Shown: in pieces, positions 41,224 to 50,116 of the stretch
Numbering within the stretch: the stretch's first letter is position 1
Layout of the letters: each line of letters begins with the position of its first letter
Assembly (NCBI GenBank): GCA_016779265.1
Contig: JADHNY010000003.1
Coordinates: 12,741-76,740, forward strand
Direction of reading: 5' to 3'
DNA length: 64,000 nt
Origin: Pirellulales bacterium
GTDB lineage: Bacteria > Planctomycetota > Planctomycetia > Pirellulales > UBA1268
Notes under the pieces: model-generated
Databases searched by the model: none
What the model was told of the DNA's origin: nothing
What the model saw: only the letters and a program-made list of their open reading frames with translations
Made by a program: the position numbers and the translations under genes

Positions 41224-41261
41224 CGGGCCGCAGTTCCTCATCTCGAGCGAACTGCGGCCCG
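41224..41261. terminator. Strong hairpin between convergent genes, probable terminator
   Basis: 13-bp inverted repeat CGGGCCGCAGTTC...GAACTGCGGCCCG. Confidence 0.7.
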
Positions 41262-41282
41262 TCGTCATTCTGTGCGAAAACC

Positions 41283-44200
41283 TTACCGAACCCGGTTGAG
41301 TGTCCAACGGCTGTTGGCGGTGCCACTCGATGCCATCGAGGCGAAGGCCGCTGAACGCATCAGTTCCACAACCTGCGACGGCGGAGCATCGTCCCGGAAG
41401 CCGAGCATTGTCATGGTGGAGGTCTGGGTCGGCTCGTTCGCGACATCGACCGTCATGAGATAGTCGCCGCTGGTGCGGCCTGAACGCCCTGAACCATCGA
41501 CGCTGGGGTTGTAACGCCCGTTGCCGTATGACGAGACGCCGATGAAGTAGGTGCCAGTGGCCTGAATCGTGAAGGTGATCCGGCTGTCGTATGAACCGCC
41601 AAAGTCGTCGTTGCGGGCAATCTGACGACCAGACGAATCGAACAGCCGCAGGTAGCTGTCGAGCGTTGATGGCGTGCTCAGCGTACGAGCATCGATATCG
41701 ATCCGCAGATCGGAGCCTGCCCAGAGGTTGATTGAGTACAGGTCAACATCGGCTCCATAGTATTCGCCGTTGCCGATCGTCCCGGTTACGCGGGCACGAC
41801 CATCGATGACGGCCAGCGGAAAGGCGGTTGCTATGGAGTCGTTCGGCTCGACGGAGGCAACCGGCGGAGTTGGCGTTGTGGGATCGGAGCCAGGGTCGGT
41901 CGGACCATCGTGAGACATGGTGACCACATAGTCACCAACCGTGCGGCCCCGTCGTCCGCTGCCAGCCACCGAAGCGTCGTAGCGGGTGTTGCCATACGAC
42001 GACAGCCCGACGTAGTAGGTGCCCGTCTCGCTGACCGTGTACTGCAGGAAGCTATCGAGCTGCCCGAAGGCGTCGTCGTTTGAGGCGAGTTCGGTGCCGT
42101 TTGCGTCGAAGAGCCGCAGGTAGCTGTCGAGGGCAGAGAAGTCCGCGAGCGTGCGAGCATCGACGTCGATATCGATCGTCGTCCCACCGGCGAGGTCGAC
42201 CGCAAACAGGTCCACATCAGACCGGCCAAAGGCTCCATCGCCGATCATGCCAGCCAACACCGCCTGCCGACCGTCAAACGTCACGGCAGTTGCCGTTGCA
42301 ATCGAGTCGTTCGGCTCCATCGGCCCTGGAGCCGGTGGATCTGGGTCTGGATCCGGATCTGGGTCTGTTGCACTCTCGACGTACTGCACGAACAGTTCAT
42401 ATTCACCAGTTGATCGGCCACTCCGCCCACTGCCGGCCTCCAGTGGGTTGTAACGAGAGTTACCGTAGGCGGTCACGCCCACGTAGTAGGTGCCGGCCGC
42501 GTTGACGGTGTAGTTCAGGGAACTGTCGAGAGATCCTGACGAGTCGTCGTTGCGAGCAAGCTGACGGCCGTCGGCGTTGAACAGCCGCAGGTAGCTGTCG
42601 AGCGTTGAAGGTGTGGCCAAGGACTGGGCATCAACGTCGATCGTGAAGGTGCCGGCTGCGGTGACCGCAACGGCGTAGAGGTCGACGTCAGCCCGTTCGT
42701 ACCCGCCGTCTCCGACAAAGGCGGAAATGCGGACCTGACCATCGGTCAGCGTCAGCGGGGCCGCTGTTGAGATGGAATCGTTCGGCTCGTAGGCCGCCGG
42801 TGGCGGTGGCTCGAGAACGGTCCAGGCGTCGGAGGCATTGCCGGCAAGTGGCTGACTCTCTGCGTCGATAATGAAACTGCCATCGGCGACAAGGGTGAGC
42901 TCGTACAGGCCTGGGTCAGTCGTCAGCGGCTCGAGGTCGGCGATCGTCCAGGTGATGAGATCATCAGTCACCAAGGCCACGTTGGTGCTGGCATCACCAT
43001 CGATCAGAGGAACTTCATTTCCATTCCGAAGGAGGACAAAGTCGCTCAGGTCGACTCCGGTGACCGCCCGGTTAAACGTGATCGAGATCTGGCTCACCGC
43101 AGTCAGGCGTGGGTCTGGCGAAACATCAATGATGTCAGCCGCCAAGGCTGGTGGCGGTGGCGGTGGGTCGATGGTCCAGGTCTCACTGATGTCTGCCGTG
43201 AGAGAGGCTCCGTCACCACTAGTGATTCCGCTTCCGGCAGCGGTCAGCACGAGGCTGTAATCTCCCACGTCGCCGGTGACCCCAGTCAGGTCAGCGAGCG
43301 ACCAGCGTGTCGAGTCGGTGCTCGTGAGGCCGATGCCGGCAGCAGCGAGATCGATCGCTACCCCATCCCTGGTCAAGCTGAGGTCGTCGAGGTCGAAGCC
43401 GGTCACGGCAGAACTGAAGGCGATGGTGATCGCGTCAACGGGATCAACTCGTGGATCGGGCGAGACATCCACGATGTCGCCGTCGAGCGTTGGTGTTGGG
43501 GTGACCACCTCGACCGTGATCTCGTAGTTGCCCGTTGAGGCCCCCGAGCGGCCGCTGCCAGCGACGAGCGGGTCGTAGCTGCTGTTGCCGTAGGAAGAGA
43601 CACCAAAGTAGTAAGTGCCGGCCGTTGACGTGGTGTAACTCAGAGCACTGTCGAGCGATGCACCGCCGTTGGTATCGTCGTTGTAGGCCAGCTGTCGTCC
43701 TGAGCCGCTGAACAGCCGCAGGTAGCTGTCGAGGGTTGAAGCGGGCGAGAGGCTGCGAGCATCCACGTCGATCGAAATCGTCGCTCCGGCTGCCAGTTCA
43801 ATCTCGAAGAGATCAACATCGCTGAAGGTGTAGTCACCATCGCCGATGATGCCAGAGAAGACGGCACTACCAGCGACAAGGCTCACTGGAGCCGCTGTCG
43901 CGATCGAATCGTTGGGCTCGAAGGGGGCCGGCGGTGGTGGCTCGACCACAGACCAGGTGTCGGAGGCATCCGTACTGAGTGTGAGGCCGTCGGTGTTGGT
44001 GATGTTGCTGCCGTCCGCGGCCAGCGTGAGCCGGTAGCTCCCCAGGCCTGTCGTAACCGAAGTGAGGTCGCCAAGTGTCCACGTCTGCTGGTCAGAAGTG
44101 ACGAGAGTTGCTGAGTCGAGGAGATCGATGGCAGTGCCGTCGCGTGTCAGCGAGAGGTCACTTAGGTCGAAGCCTTGGACGGGAGTGGTGAACTCAATCA

Positions 44201-45674
44201 CGATGGAATCGACGGCATCCTGACGTGGATCAGGAGTGACGTTGATGATGTCGGCTCGCAGCGATGGCCCGGCTGAGACAGCATTCAGTGCGGCGGCGGC
44301 ATTGAGCAGCCCCCCCGTGGCTACTTTGCCATCGAGCGAGGAAATAGGCGCGGCCGTGGACAGGATCGCCTCACGAATCTCTGCGGGCGTCAGGTTGGGG
44401 TTGGCGGCAGCGAGGAGGCCGACCACGCCGGCAACGTGTGGCGTGGCCATGGAGGTGCCGCTGTAGCTGGCGTACGAGTTGCCAGGCACCGTCGAGTAGA
44501 TGCCGACACCAGGAGCGCCGATATCAACGCTCGTGGCTCCGTAGTTTGAGAAGCCGGCGAGGCCGTTGCTGCTGTCAGTGGCGGCCACTGAAATAATCGC
44601 CTCACTGGTCATGCTGGCAGGGTAGCCAGGGAACACATCGTTGTTGTTGCCTTCGTTGCCGGCAGCAGCAATGAACAGGATGCCCGCGTCCCCTCCCGCT
44701 TCGATCGCGTCGCTCAAGGCTGTGGAGAATCCACCTCCCCCCCAGCTGTTGTTGGTGGCCACGATGTTGATCCCGTGGTCACGCCGCATCATCGTCGCGT
44801 AGTTCACTGCCCGAACGGCGTCACTGGTGGAGCCACTGCCACCGCCGCTGAGGAACTTCAGGCCCATAATCGAGACCTGCCAGTTCACTCCTGCAACCCC
44901 GACGCCGTCGTCGCCAACGCCACCGATGGTGCCCGAAACGTGCGTTCCATGGCCGTTGTCGTCCATTGGGTCGCCATCGTTGTTGACGAAGTCATACCCA
45001 TAGATGTCATCGACGAAGCCGTTGCCATCATCGTCAATGCCATTGCCTGGGATCTCTCCAGGGTTCTGCCAGGCGTTTGCAGCTAGGTCGGGATGGGTAT
45101 AGTCCACACCGGTGTCGATGACCGCAATCACCACATCACGTGAGCCTGTGGTGATATCCCATGCCTCAAGTGCATCGATGTCGGCATCGTCAACACCCCC
45201 GGTCTGTCCGGTGTTGTGCAGGCCCCAAAGGCGATTGAAGCTGGGGTCGTTCGGTGTCGCCGCAGGATTGATCACAAAGTCAGGCTCGACATAGAGCACG
45301 CCTGCCGTGGTCGAAGCCCAGCCGAGCACGTCTTGGGTTGTGGCCCCAGGGGCCGTGACCGAGTAGAAGCCCTCACCGAGCGAGGTGGAGCCCCATGCGG
45401 CCTCTGCCGCATCAGCAAACAGCGAACTGGCAAACGCACCGTTGGCGAGGTCGGTATCGGTGCGAACGATCCAGGAATCCGCCCGCGTCGTGAACGTTTG
45501 TCCACCCCAGTTGAGCTGGGATGTGAGAAGATCCGCGCCGGTGCTTGCAGAGAGGCAGAGCCGTTGCTCGAGGGATTCATGCCTCAGACGGCGAGTTGCA
45601 AGACGACTCGCAGACTTCATCTTCCGAGAAGCTTTGACAGACCGTCTCCACCAACCGGCGTTGCTCCTGCGCAT
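41283..45674 (-). CDS. Large secreted subtilisin (S8) protease with 4 PPC-like and 3 Ig-like repeats
   Basis: Triad VIDTG / HGTHVSG / GTSMATPHV. N-terminal RRLRHESLEQRLCLS export motif. Repeats EPNDSI...LDSYLRLF (x4) and DIxxVxPDPR (x3). Confidence 0.95.
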   Translation of the reverse strand: MRRSNAGWWRRSVKASRKMKSASRLATRRLRHESLEQRLCLSASTGADLLTSQLNWGGQTFTTRADSWIVRTDTDLANGAFASSLFADAAEAAWGSTSLGEGFYSVTAPGATTQDVLGWASTTAGVLYVEPDFVINPAATPNDPSFNRLWGLHNTGQTGGVDDADIDALEAWDITTGSRDVVIAVIDTGVDYTHPDLAANAWQNPGEIPGNGIDDDGNGFVDDIYGYDFVNNDGDPMDDNGHGTHVSGTIGGVGDDGVGVAGVNWQVSIMGLKFLSGGGSGSTSDAVRAVNYATMMRRDHGINIVATNNSWGGGGFSTALSDAIEAGGDAGILFIAAAGNEGNNNDVFPGYPASMTSEAIISVAATDSSNGLAGFSNYGATSVDIGAPGVGIYSTVPGNSYASYSGTSMATPHVAGVVGLLAAANPNLTPAEIREAILSTAAPISSLDGKVATGGLLNAAAALNAVSAGPSLRADIINVTPDPRQDAVDSIVIEFTTPVQGFDLSDLSLTRDGTAIDLLDSATLVTSDQQTWTLGDLTSVTTGLGSYRLTLAADGSNITNTDGLTLSTDASDTWSVVEPPPPAPFEPNDSIATAAPVSLVAGSAVFSGIIGDGDYTFSDVDLFEIELAAGATISIDVDARSLSPASTLDSYLRLFSGSGRQLAYNDDTNGGASLDSALSYTTSTAGTYYFGVSSYGNSSYDPLVAGSGRSGASTGNYEITVEVVTPTPTLDGDIVDVSPDPRVDPVDAITIAFSSAVTGFDLDDLSLTRDGVAIDLAAAGIGLTSTDSTRWSLADLTGVTGDVGDYSLVLTAAGSGITSGDGASLTADISETWTIDPPPPPPALAADIIDVSPDPRLTAVSQISITFNRAVTGVDLSDFVLLRNGNEVPLIDGDASTNVALVTDDLITWTIADLEPLTTDPGLYELTLVADGSFIIDAESQPLAGNASDAWTVLEPPPPAAYEPNDSISTAAPLTLTDGQVRISAFVGDGGYERADVDLYAVAVTAAGTFTIDVDAQSLATPSTLDSYLRLFNADGRQLARNDDSSGSLDSSLNYTVNAAGTYYVGVTAYGNSRYNPLEAGSGRSGRSTGEYELFVQYVESATDPDPDPDPDPPAPGPMEPNDSIATATAVTFDGRQAVLAGMIGDGAFGRSDVDLFAVDLAGGTTIDIDVDARTLADFSALDSYLRLFDANGTELASNDDAFGQLDSFLQYTVSETGTYYVGLSSYGNTRYDASVAGSGRRGRTVGDYVVTMSHDGPTDPGSDPTTPTPPVASVEPNDSIATAFPLAVIDGRARVTGTIGNGEYYGADVDLYSINLWAGSDLRIDIDARTLSTPSTLDSYLRLFDSSGRQIARNDDFGGSYDSRITFTIQATGTYFIGVSSYGNGRYNPSVDGSGRSGRTSGDYLMTVDVANEPTQTSTMTMLGFRDDAPPSQVVELMRSAAFASMASSGTANSRWTLNRVR

Positions 45675-45804
45675 ACACCACCTCTGCTGCGTTGCGTCGA
45701 ATCGCTTCCCCGTATGAGACAGCGTGCCTCACGCCCAACGATGCGACGAGAAATCTAACGAGTGGTGTCTACGAGTGATTCCGGCCACTCCCAGACGACC
45801 GACC

Positions 45805-45832
45805 ATTATGGCGAAACGGCTGAGCAAGTCAA
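45805..45832 (-). promoter_or_regulatory. Putative sigma70 promoter of the S8 protease
   Basis: Minus strand TTGACT-N16-CATAAT. Confidence 0.55.
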
Positions 45833-46037
45833 AGATCAAGGGTGAAGGTCGCCTCTCTTGTCTCGGCAAAATGCGGTGTTTTTGGCAAGAAAAAGCGGTT
45901 GGGTGGTCGCACTTGGCCCGTGGCGGCGGTTGACGTCTCCCGCGGGGAAGGGGGTAATGTCGATCTGCGGGCGGTGTAGCTAGCCTGAGCGACAGCTGGT
46001 CTTTGCTCCAACTCCTGGTGAACTTTGAGGAACGCTG

Positions 46038-46808
46038 GTGGTTTTTCCCATTGCTGACGACAACTCCGACCGCACGCTCTCGCCGATCGTCACGATCGCG
46101 CTGATCTGTGCAAACGTGTTCGTGTTCGTTGTTCTGCAAGGGATGGGGAGCAACGACGACTTCACAATGGCGTTTGTGCAGGTGCCCGCAGAGATCATCT
46201 CAGGTCGCGACATTGTCACCGAACCTGCGGTCCGCAGCGTCGAGGTGCAGGGTGAAGTCTTTCAGGTGATGGACCCAGGGTTACGCCCGACCCCGATCCC
46301 CGTCTGGCTCACTTTGCTATCGGCGATCTTCATGCACGGCAGTGTGATGCATCTCCTTGGCAACATGTGGTTCCTCTGGATCTTCGGCGACAACGTCGAG
46401 GATGACATGGGCCACGGGCGATACACGGCCTTCTATCTCGCGACGGGTGTTATTGCATCGCTCGTGTTTGTCATCACCAACATGCAGGGGGATGCGGCAC
46501 TCACCCCGAGCCTGGGGGCATCGGGAGCGATTTCTGGGGTGCTGGGTGCCTATCTTGTGCTGCACCCCGCCCGCCGGGTGAGCGTGATCTTTGTGCGGGT
46601 CTTGATCGATGTGCCCGGCTATGTGGCAGTCGGTATCTGGTTCCTGTTTCAGGTGATCAGCGGGCTCTTCGACACGAGTGGCGGAGTTGCCTACTCGGCT
46701 CACGTTGGTGGGTTTGTGGCTGGTATGATCCTGGCAAAGCCGATGAGTTCCAGGCCGGCGCGGGAAGCTGCCGACCCATTGCTCATGGTGCGGCGTCGAC
46801 TTCCCTGA
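46038..46808 (+). CDS. Rhomboid intramembrane serine protease
   Basis: FMHGSVMHLLGNM, FGDNVED, GASGAISG, AHVGGF. Confidence 0.94.
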   Translation: MVFPIADDNSDRTLSPIVTIALICANVFVFVVLQGMGSNDDFTMAFVQVPAEIISGRDIVTEPAVRSVEVQGEVFQVMDPGLRPTPIPVWLTLLSAIFMHGSVMHLLGNMWFLWIFGDNVEDDMGHGRYTAFYLATGVIASLVFVITNMQGDAALTPSLGASGAISGVLGAYLVLHPARRVSVIFVRVLIDVPGYVAVGIWFLFQVISGLFDTSGGVAYSAHVGGFVAGMILAKPMSSRPAREAADPLLMVRRRLP

Positions 46809-46910
46809 GTGATGCTGCCCGCAGGCCGACGCAGCCACGATACGTGTCACGGGGCGTGGTGGCATGTTGCAAACACAAAACACCCTGAGCGATGAAGAGG
46901 TCGGACAGGC

Positions 46911-47744
46911 ATGATCAAGCGAATACTTGTGGGCGTTGGGACCAGTCAAACGGCCCAGACCGTCGCAGACTACGCCGTCGAACTGGGACGACAGTTTGAG
47001 GCAGAACTCCTCGGCGTGGCGGTCACCGACCCGCTGCGATTGGAATGGACCGGGCCTAGACCGATCGGGATGGGCGTTGAGGCGGTGACCACGGAGCTGC
47101 GAGAAGATCGGCTGCGGCGAGCAACAGCGGACGTGGCCTCTGCGAAGGCGATTTTTTCAGAACGCTGTCGCGCGGAGAATGTCGCCCACGGCTTTAGCGA
47201 GCAGGTTGGTGATCCATTCGAGATTGTCAGTCAGCTGGTTCGGTATCAGGACATGTGTGTGTTTGGGCTTCGCGGGCTGTTTGAGCATGACATCGTGCCC
47301 GAGCCGCGTGATGCGTTGGAGCGACTCGTGGCCGACGGCGTGCGGCCGATCCTCGCTGTGGGAGAGGAGTATCGTCCGGTACGGAAGGTGCTGGTCGCCT
47401 ACTCGGGCTCGCTCGAGAGCGCAAAGACCTTTAAGCACTTTGTGCTATCGGGGCTCTATGCAGACGCGACTGTTCGCGTGGTCAACTTCGGCAGCAAGCC
47501 TGCAACCGCCCTGGGCCTGCTGGATCATGCGGCTGCGTATTTCCGCAGCCATGGGCGAACGGTCGACACCGATCATGTGGATGGCGATCCGCAGCAGGAG
47601 CTTGTGCGGTATGCCACCGCCTGGGGAGCGGATCTCATTGTGGCGGGGAATAGTGCGAAGAACCTGCTGATGCGTCGGCTTTTTGGAGAGACTGCCCTGA
47701 TGCTTCTCCGTGAGTGCACACTGCCGCTCTATCTCTCACAGTGA
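46911..47744 (+). CDS. Universal stress protein (tandem Usp domains)
   Basis: IKRILVG, KVLVAYSGS, ADLIVAG, LFGET. Confidence 0.88.
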   Translation: MIKRILVGVGTSQTAQTVADYAVELGRQFEAELLGVAVTDPLRLEWTGPRPIGMGVEAVTTELREDRLRRATADVASAKAIFSERCRAENVAHGFSEQVGDPFEIVSQLVRYQDMCVFGLRGLFEHDIVPEPRDALERLVADGVRPILAVGEEYRPVRKVLVAYSGSLESAKTFKHFVLSGLYADATVRVVNFGSKPATALGLLDHAAAYFRSHGRTVDTDHVDGDPQQELVRYATAWGADLIVAGNSAKNLLMRRLFGETALMLLRECTLPLYLSQ

Positions 47745-47852
47745 GCTGGGTTCTCGGAGTAGGTGTTGCCGAGTTGAATGAGTCGTAAGGGTGTGCGCCG
47801 CGACGGGGCATGTCCGCCGGTTGCTTCTGCTGTCAAAGTCGTTGAGGTGTCC

Positions 47853-48686
47853 ATGTCGTATGTACAGCCAGCAGATGGCCATCAGGCCCGTTTTATGCCG
47901 GTCTTGATGGGACCGCCTTCGTCTCGGGGCGTTGCCAGTTATGGCCGAGTCGATGTGGTCGCGGCCCAGTGGCGAGTGCACAGTGGGTTGCTGGCTGGCC
48001 TCCTGCCCGACGGCTTCGTGCCGGTGCTTGACGGACTAGAGCCTTTAGGACTGCTGACAGTGGCCTTTGCCGACAACCAAGGCGTTGAGTTCATGGCGGG
48101 CCGTGGCTATCGGGTGGCCTCAGTCTTGGTGCGGGCCGCCTTTGGGAGCCAGGATGGCCCCAGTGGTGACTTCGTGGTGGCGATGTTTGAGGACGACTGT
48201 CTGCCGATCGTGCTCGGACGAGAACTTCTCGGCCTGCCCAAGTTGTTTGCGGACATTTCGATCGAGGATCGCCCTGACGCCTCGATGATGTGCGGGGCCT
48301 CGCTCTGGGGGCATACCCTGTTTTCTCTGGAAACAGGGCCACTCCAGCCTCGAGAAAACCTGCCGGAGCAGCTGCCGCCTCCCCAGCCGTTGTTGGGGAT
48401 GAGGTCGTTTCCCGACCCGACGAGCGGAGCCTTGCTCGGAGAGCCACTGCTGACCCCCGTGGAGGCCACGCCGCAGGAAATAGCCCTGGGAACCGAAGCC
48501 ACGGTCAGCTGGGGATTTGCCGGAAACGGGGAGATTGCCTGTGTGGCTGGGTTGCTTGACGCGCTCCGAACGCTGGCGGTCGACGAGCCGGTGGTGGTCG
48601 TGCGGTCTGTGATGAGCCGGGTGCTACGAACGGACCTGATTGAGCGTCTCGCTCCGCCTTGTCCACTGCCTTCTGCGAGCCTATGA
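47853..48686 (+). CDS. Acetoacetate decarboxylase-like superfamily protein
   Basis: FMPVLMGP, MAGRGY, PIVLGRELLGLPKLFADI (family GRE..G.PK motif). Confidence 0.8.
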   Translation: MSYVQPADGHQARFMPVLMGPPSSRGVASYGRVDVVAAQWRVHSGLLAGLLPDGFVPVLDGLEPLGLLTVAFADNQGVEFMAGRGYRVASVLVRAAFGSQDGPSGDFVVAMFEDDCLPIVLGRELLGLPKLFADISIEDRPDASMMCGASLWGHTLFSLETGPLQPRENLPEQLPPPQPLLGMRSFPDPTSGALLGEPLLTPVEATPQEIALGTEATVSWGFAGNGEIACVAGLLDALRTLAVDEPVVVVRSVMSRVLRTDLIERLAPPCPLPSASL

Positions 48687-48773
48687 AAGAGAGGAGCGTT
48701 CAGCCTGTCGCGGAACCGGTCCGCGCTGCTGAGCGTTTCAAAGGGCATGCAGGCATTTCGGGAGACCGTTTTC

Positions 48774-50087
48774 ATGTTTGAGGCAGCATCGGCCTGTTCT
48801 GAAGCGAATCCCAGCCCTTCGGCATCCTCACCGCCGCCGGCATCGATCCCTCAACACGTCGATGTGGCGGTGGTGGGCGGTGGGCCCGCAGGGGCGACCG
48901 TGGCCACGCTCTTGGCAATGGCAGGTCGACGGGTTGCCCTGTTTGAGAGAGATCGCTTTCCACGATTTCACGTTGGAGAGTCGCTGATTCCTGAGTGCTA
49001 CTGGACGCTCGGCCGACTCGACATGCTCGGCAAGATGCGGGGCAGTGGATTCACTGAGAAACACTCGGTCCAGTTTGTGAATGAGCATGGCACTCTCTCC
49101 GCCCCCTTCTATTTCGCAGACCACAAGCAACACGATAGCTCGCGAACGTGGCAGGTCACTCGCAGCGAGTTTGACGTGATGATGCTCGAGAATGCTCGCG
49201 AGAAGGGCGTCGAGGTGTTTGAGGGCACGCGGGTGCTCGAAGTCACCTTCGACGGCACGCGTGCGACAGGCGTGACGGTGCAGCAGGAAGGAGCGGCTGC
49301 CGTGAGCGTGACGGCCGATGTGGTCGTTGATGCGAGTGGCCAGTCAGCCATGATTTCTGCTCGGTTGGGCAACCGACAGTGGGATACGGAACTGAAGAAA
49401 GCTGCTGTCTGGAGCTACTGGCGGGCCGCTGAGCGCGGCGAGGGAAAAGACGAAGGCGCTACGACCGTCTTGCAGCTTGATCAGAAGCAGGGCTGGTTCT
49501 GGTATATCCCGCTCGCGGACGACATGGTCAGCGTGGGGGTGGTGGCAGACAACGACTATCTGCTGAAAGACCGCGGCCACCGCGATGCTGAAAAGATTTA
49601 TGCCGAAGAGATCGACCGCTGTCCGGGGCTTGGGCCACGATTGGCGAACGCCGAGCGGGTGGCACCGGTGCGGGTGGCGAAAGAATATTCCTACCGTGCC
49701 ACGGAGGTCGCCGGAGATGGCTGGGTGTTGATCGGAGATGCCTTCGGCTTCCTCGACCCGCTCTACTCCTCCGGCATTCTGTTGGCATTGCGGAGCGGCG
49801 AGATGGCGGCCGACGCCATCGATGCAGCGTTGGCTGCCGGGGATCCATCAGCGAAGCGGCTGGGCACGTGGGGGCCAGATTTTGTTCGCGGCATGGATCG
49901 CATGCGTCGACTGGTGATGGAGTTCTATGACGGGCTCAACTTCGGCAAACTCGTCAAGCGAAATCCAGAGCTGCAGGGTGTGATCACCGATCTGCTCATC
50001 GGCGACCTGTTTACCGATCGCGTGGACGCAATCGTTGGCCCCCTCGATGAGCTGCGTGCTGAAATGGCTACGACAGCTGCGAGCTAA
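48774..50087 (+). CDS. FAD-dependent oxidoreductase of the flavin-dependent halogenase family
   Basis: GGGPAG, FPRFHVGESL, GFTEK, DASG, GWFWYIP, IGDAFGFLDPLYSSG. Confidence 0.87.
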   Translation: MFEAASACSEANPSPSASSPPPASIPQHVDVAVVGGGPAGATVATLLAMAGRRVALFERDRFPRFHVGESLIPECYWTLGRLDMLGKMRGSGFTEKHSVQFVNEHGTLSAPFYFADHKQHDSSRTWQVTRSEFDVMMLENAREKGVEVFEGTRVLEVTFDGTRATGVTVQQEGAAAVSVTADVVVDASGQSAMISARLGNRQWDTELKKAAVWSYWRAAERGEGKDEGATTVLQLDQKQGWFWYIPLADDMVSVGVVADNDYLLKDRGHRDAEKIYAEEIDRCPGLGPRLANAERVAPVRVAKEYSYRATEVAGDGWVLIGDAFGFLDPLYSSGILLALRSGEMAADAIDAALAAGDPSAKRLGTWGPDFVRGMDRMRRLVMEFYDGLNFGKLVKRNPELQGVITDLLIGDLFTDRVDAIVGPLDELRAEMATTAAS

Positions 50088-50116
50088 TCAGATGCGATGA
50101 CTCTGGCTGGTGCTGC

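Noticed and set aside
41640..43740. Four recurring ~20-28 bp sequences resembling CRISPR repeats
   Set aside because: They are spaced 470-1130 bp apart, lie in frame within the S8 gene (LDSYLRLF), and no cas genes are present.
46851..46870. Possible sigma54 promoter before the Usp gene
   Set aside because: The GG and GC dinucleotides are not at the required -24/-12 spacing.
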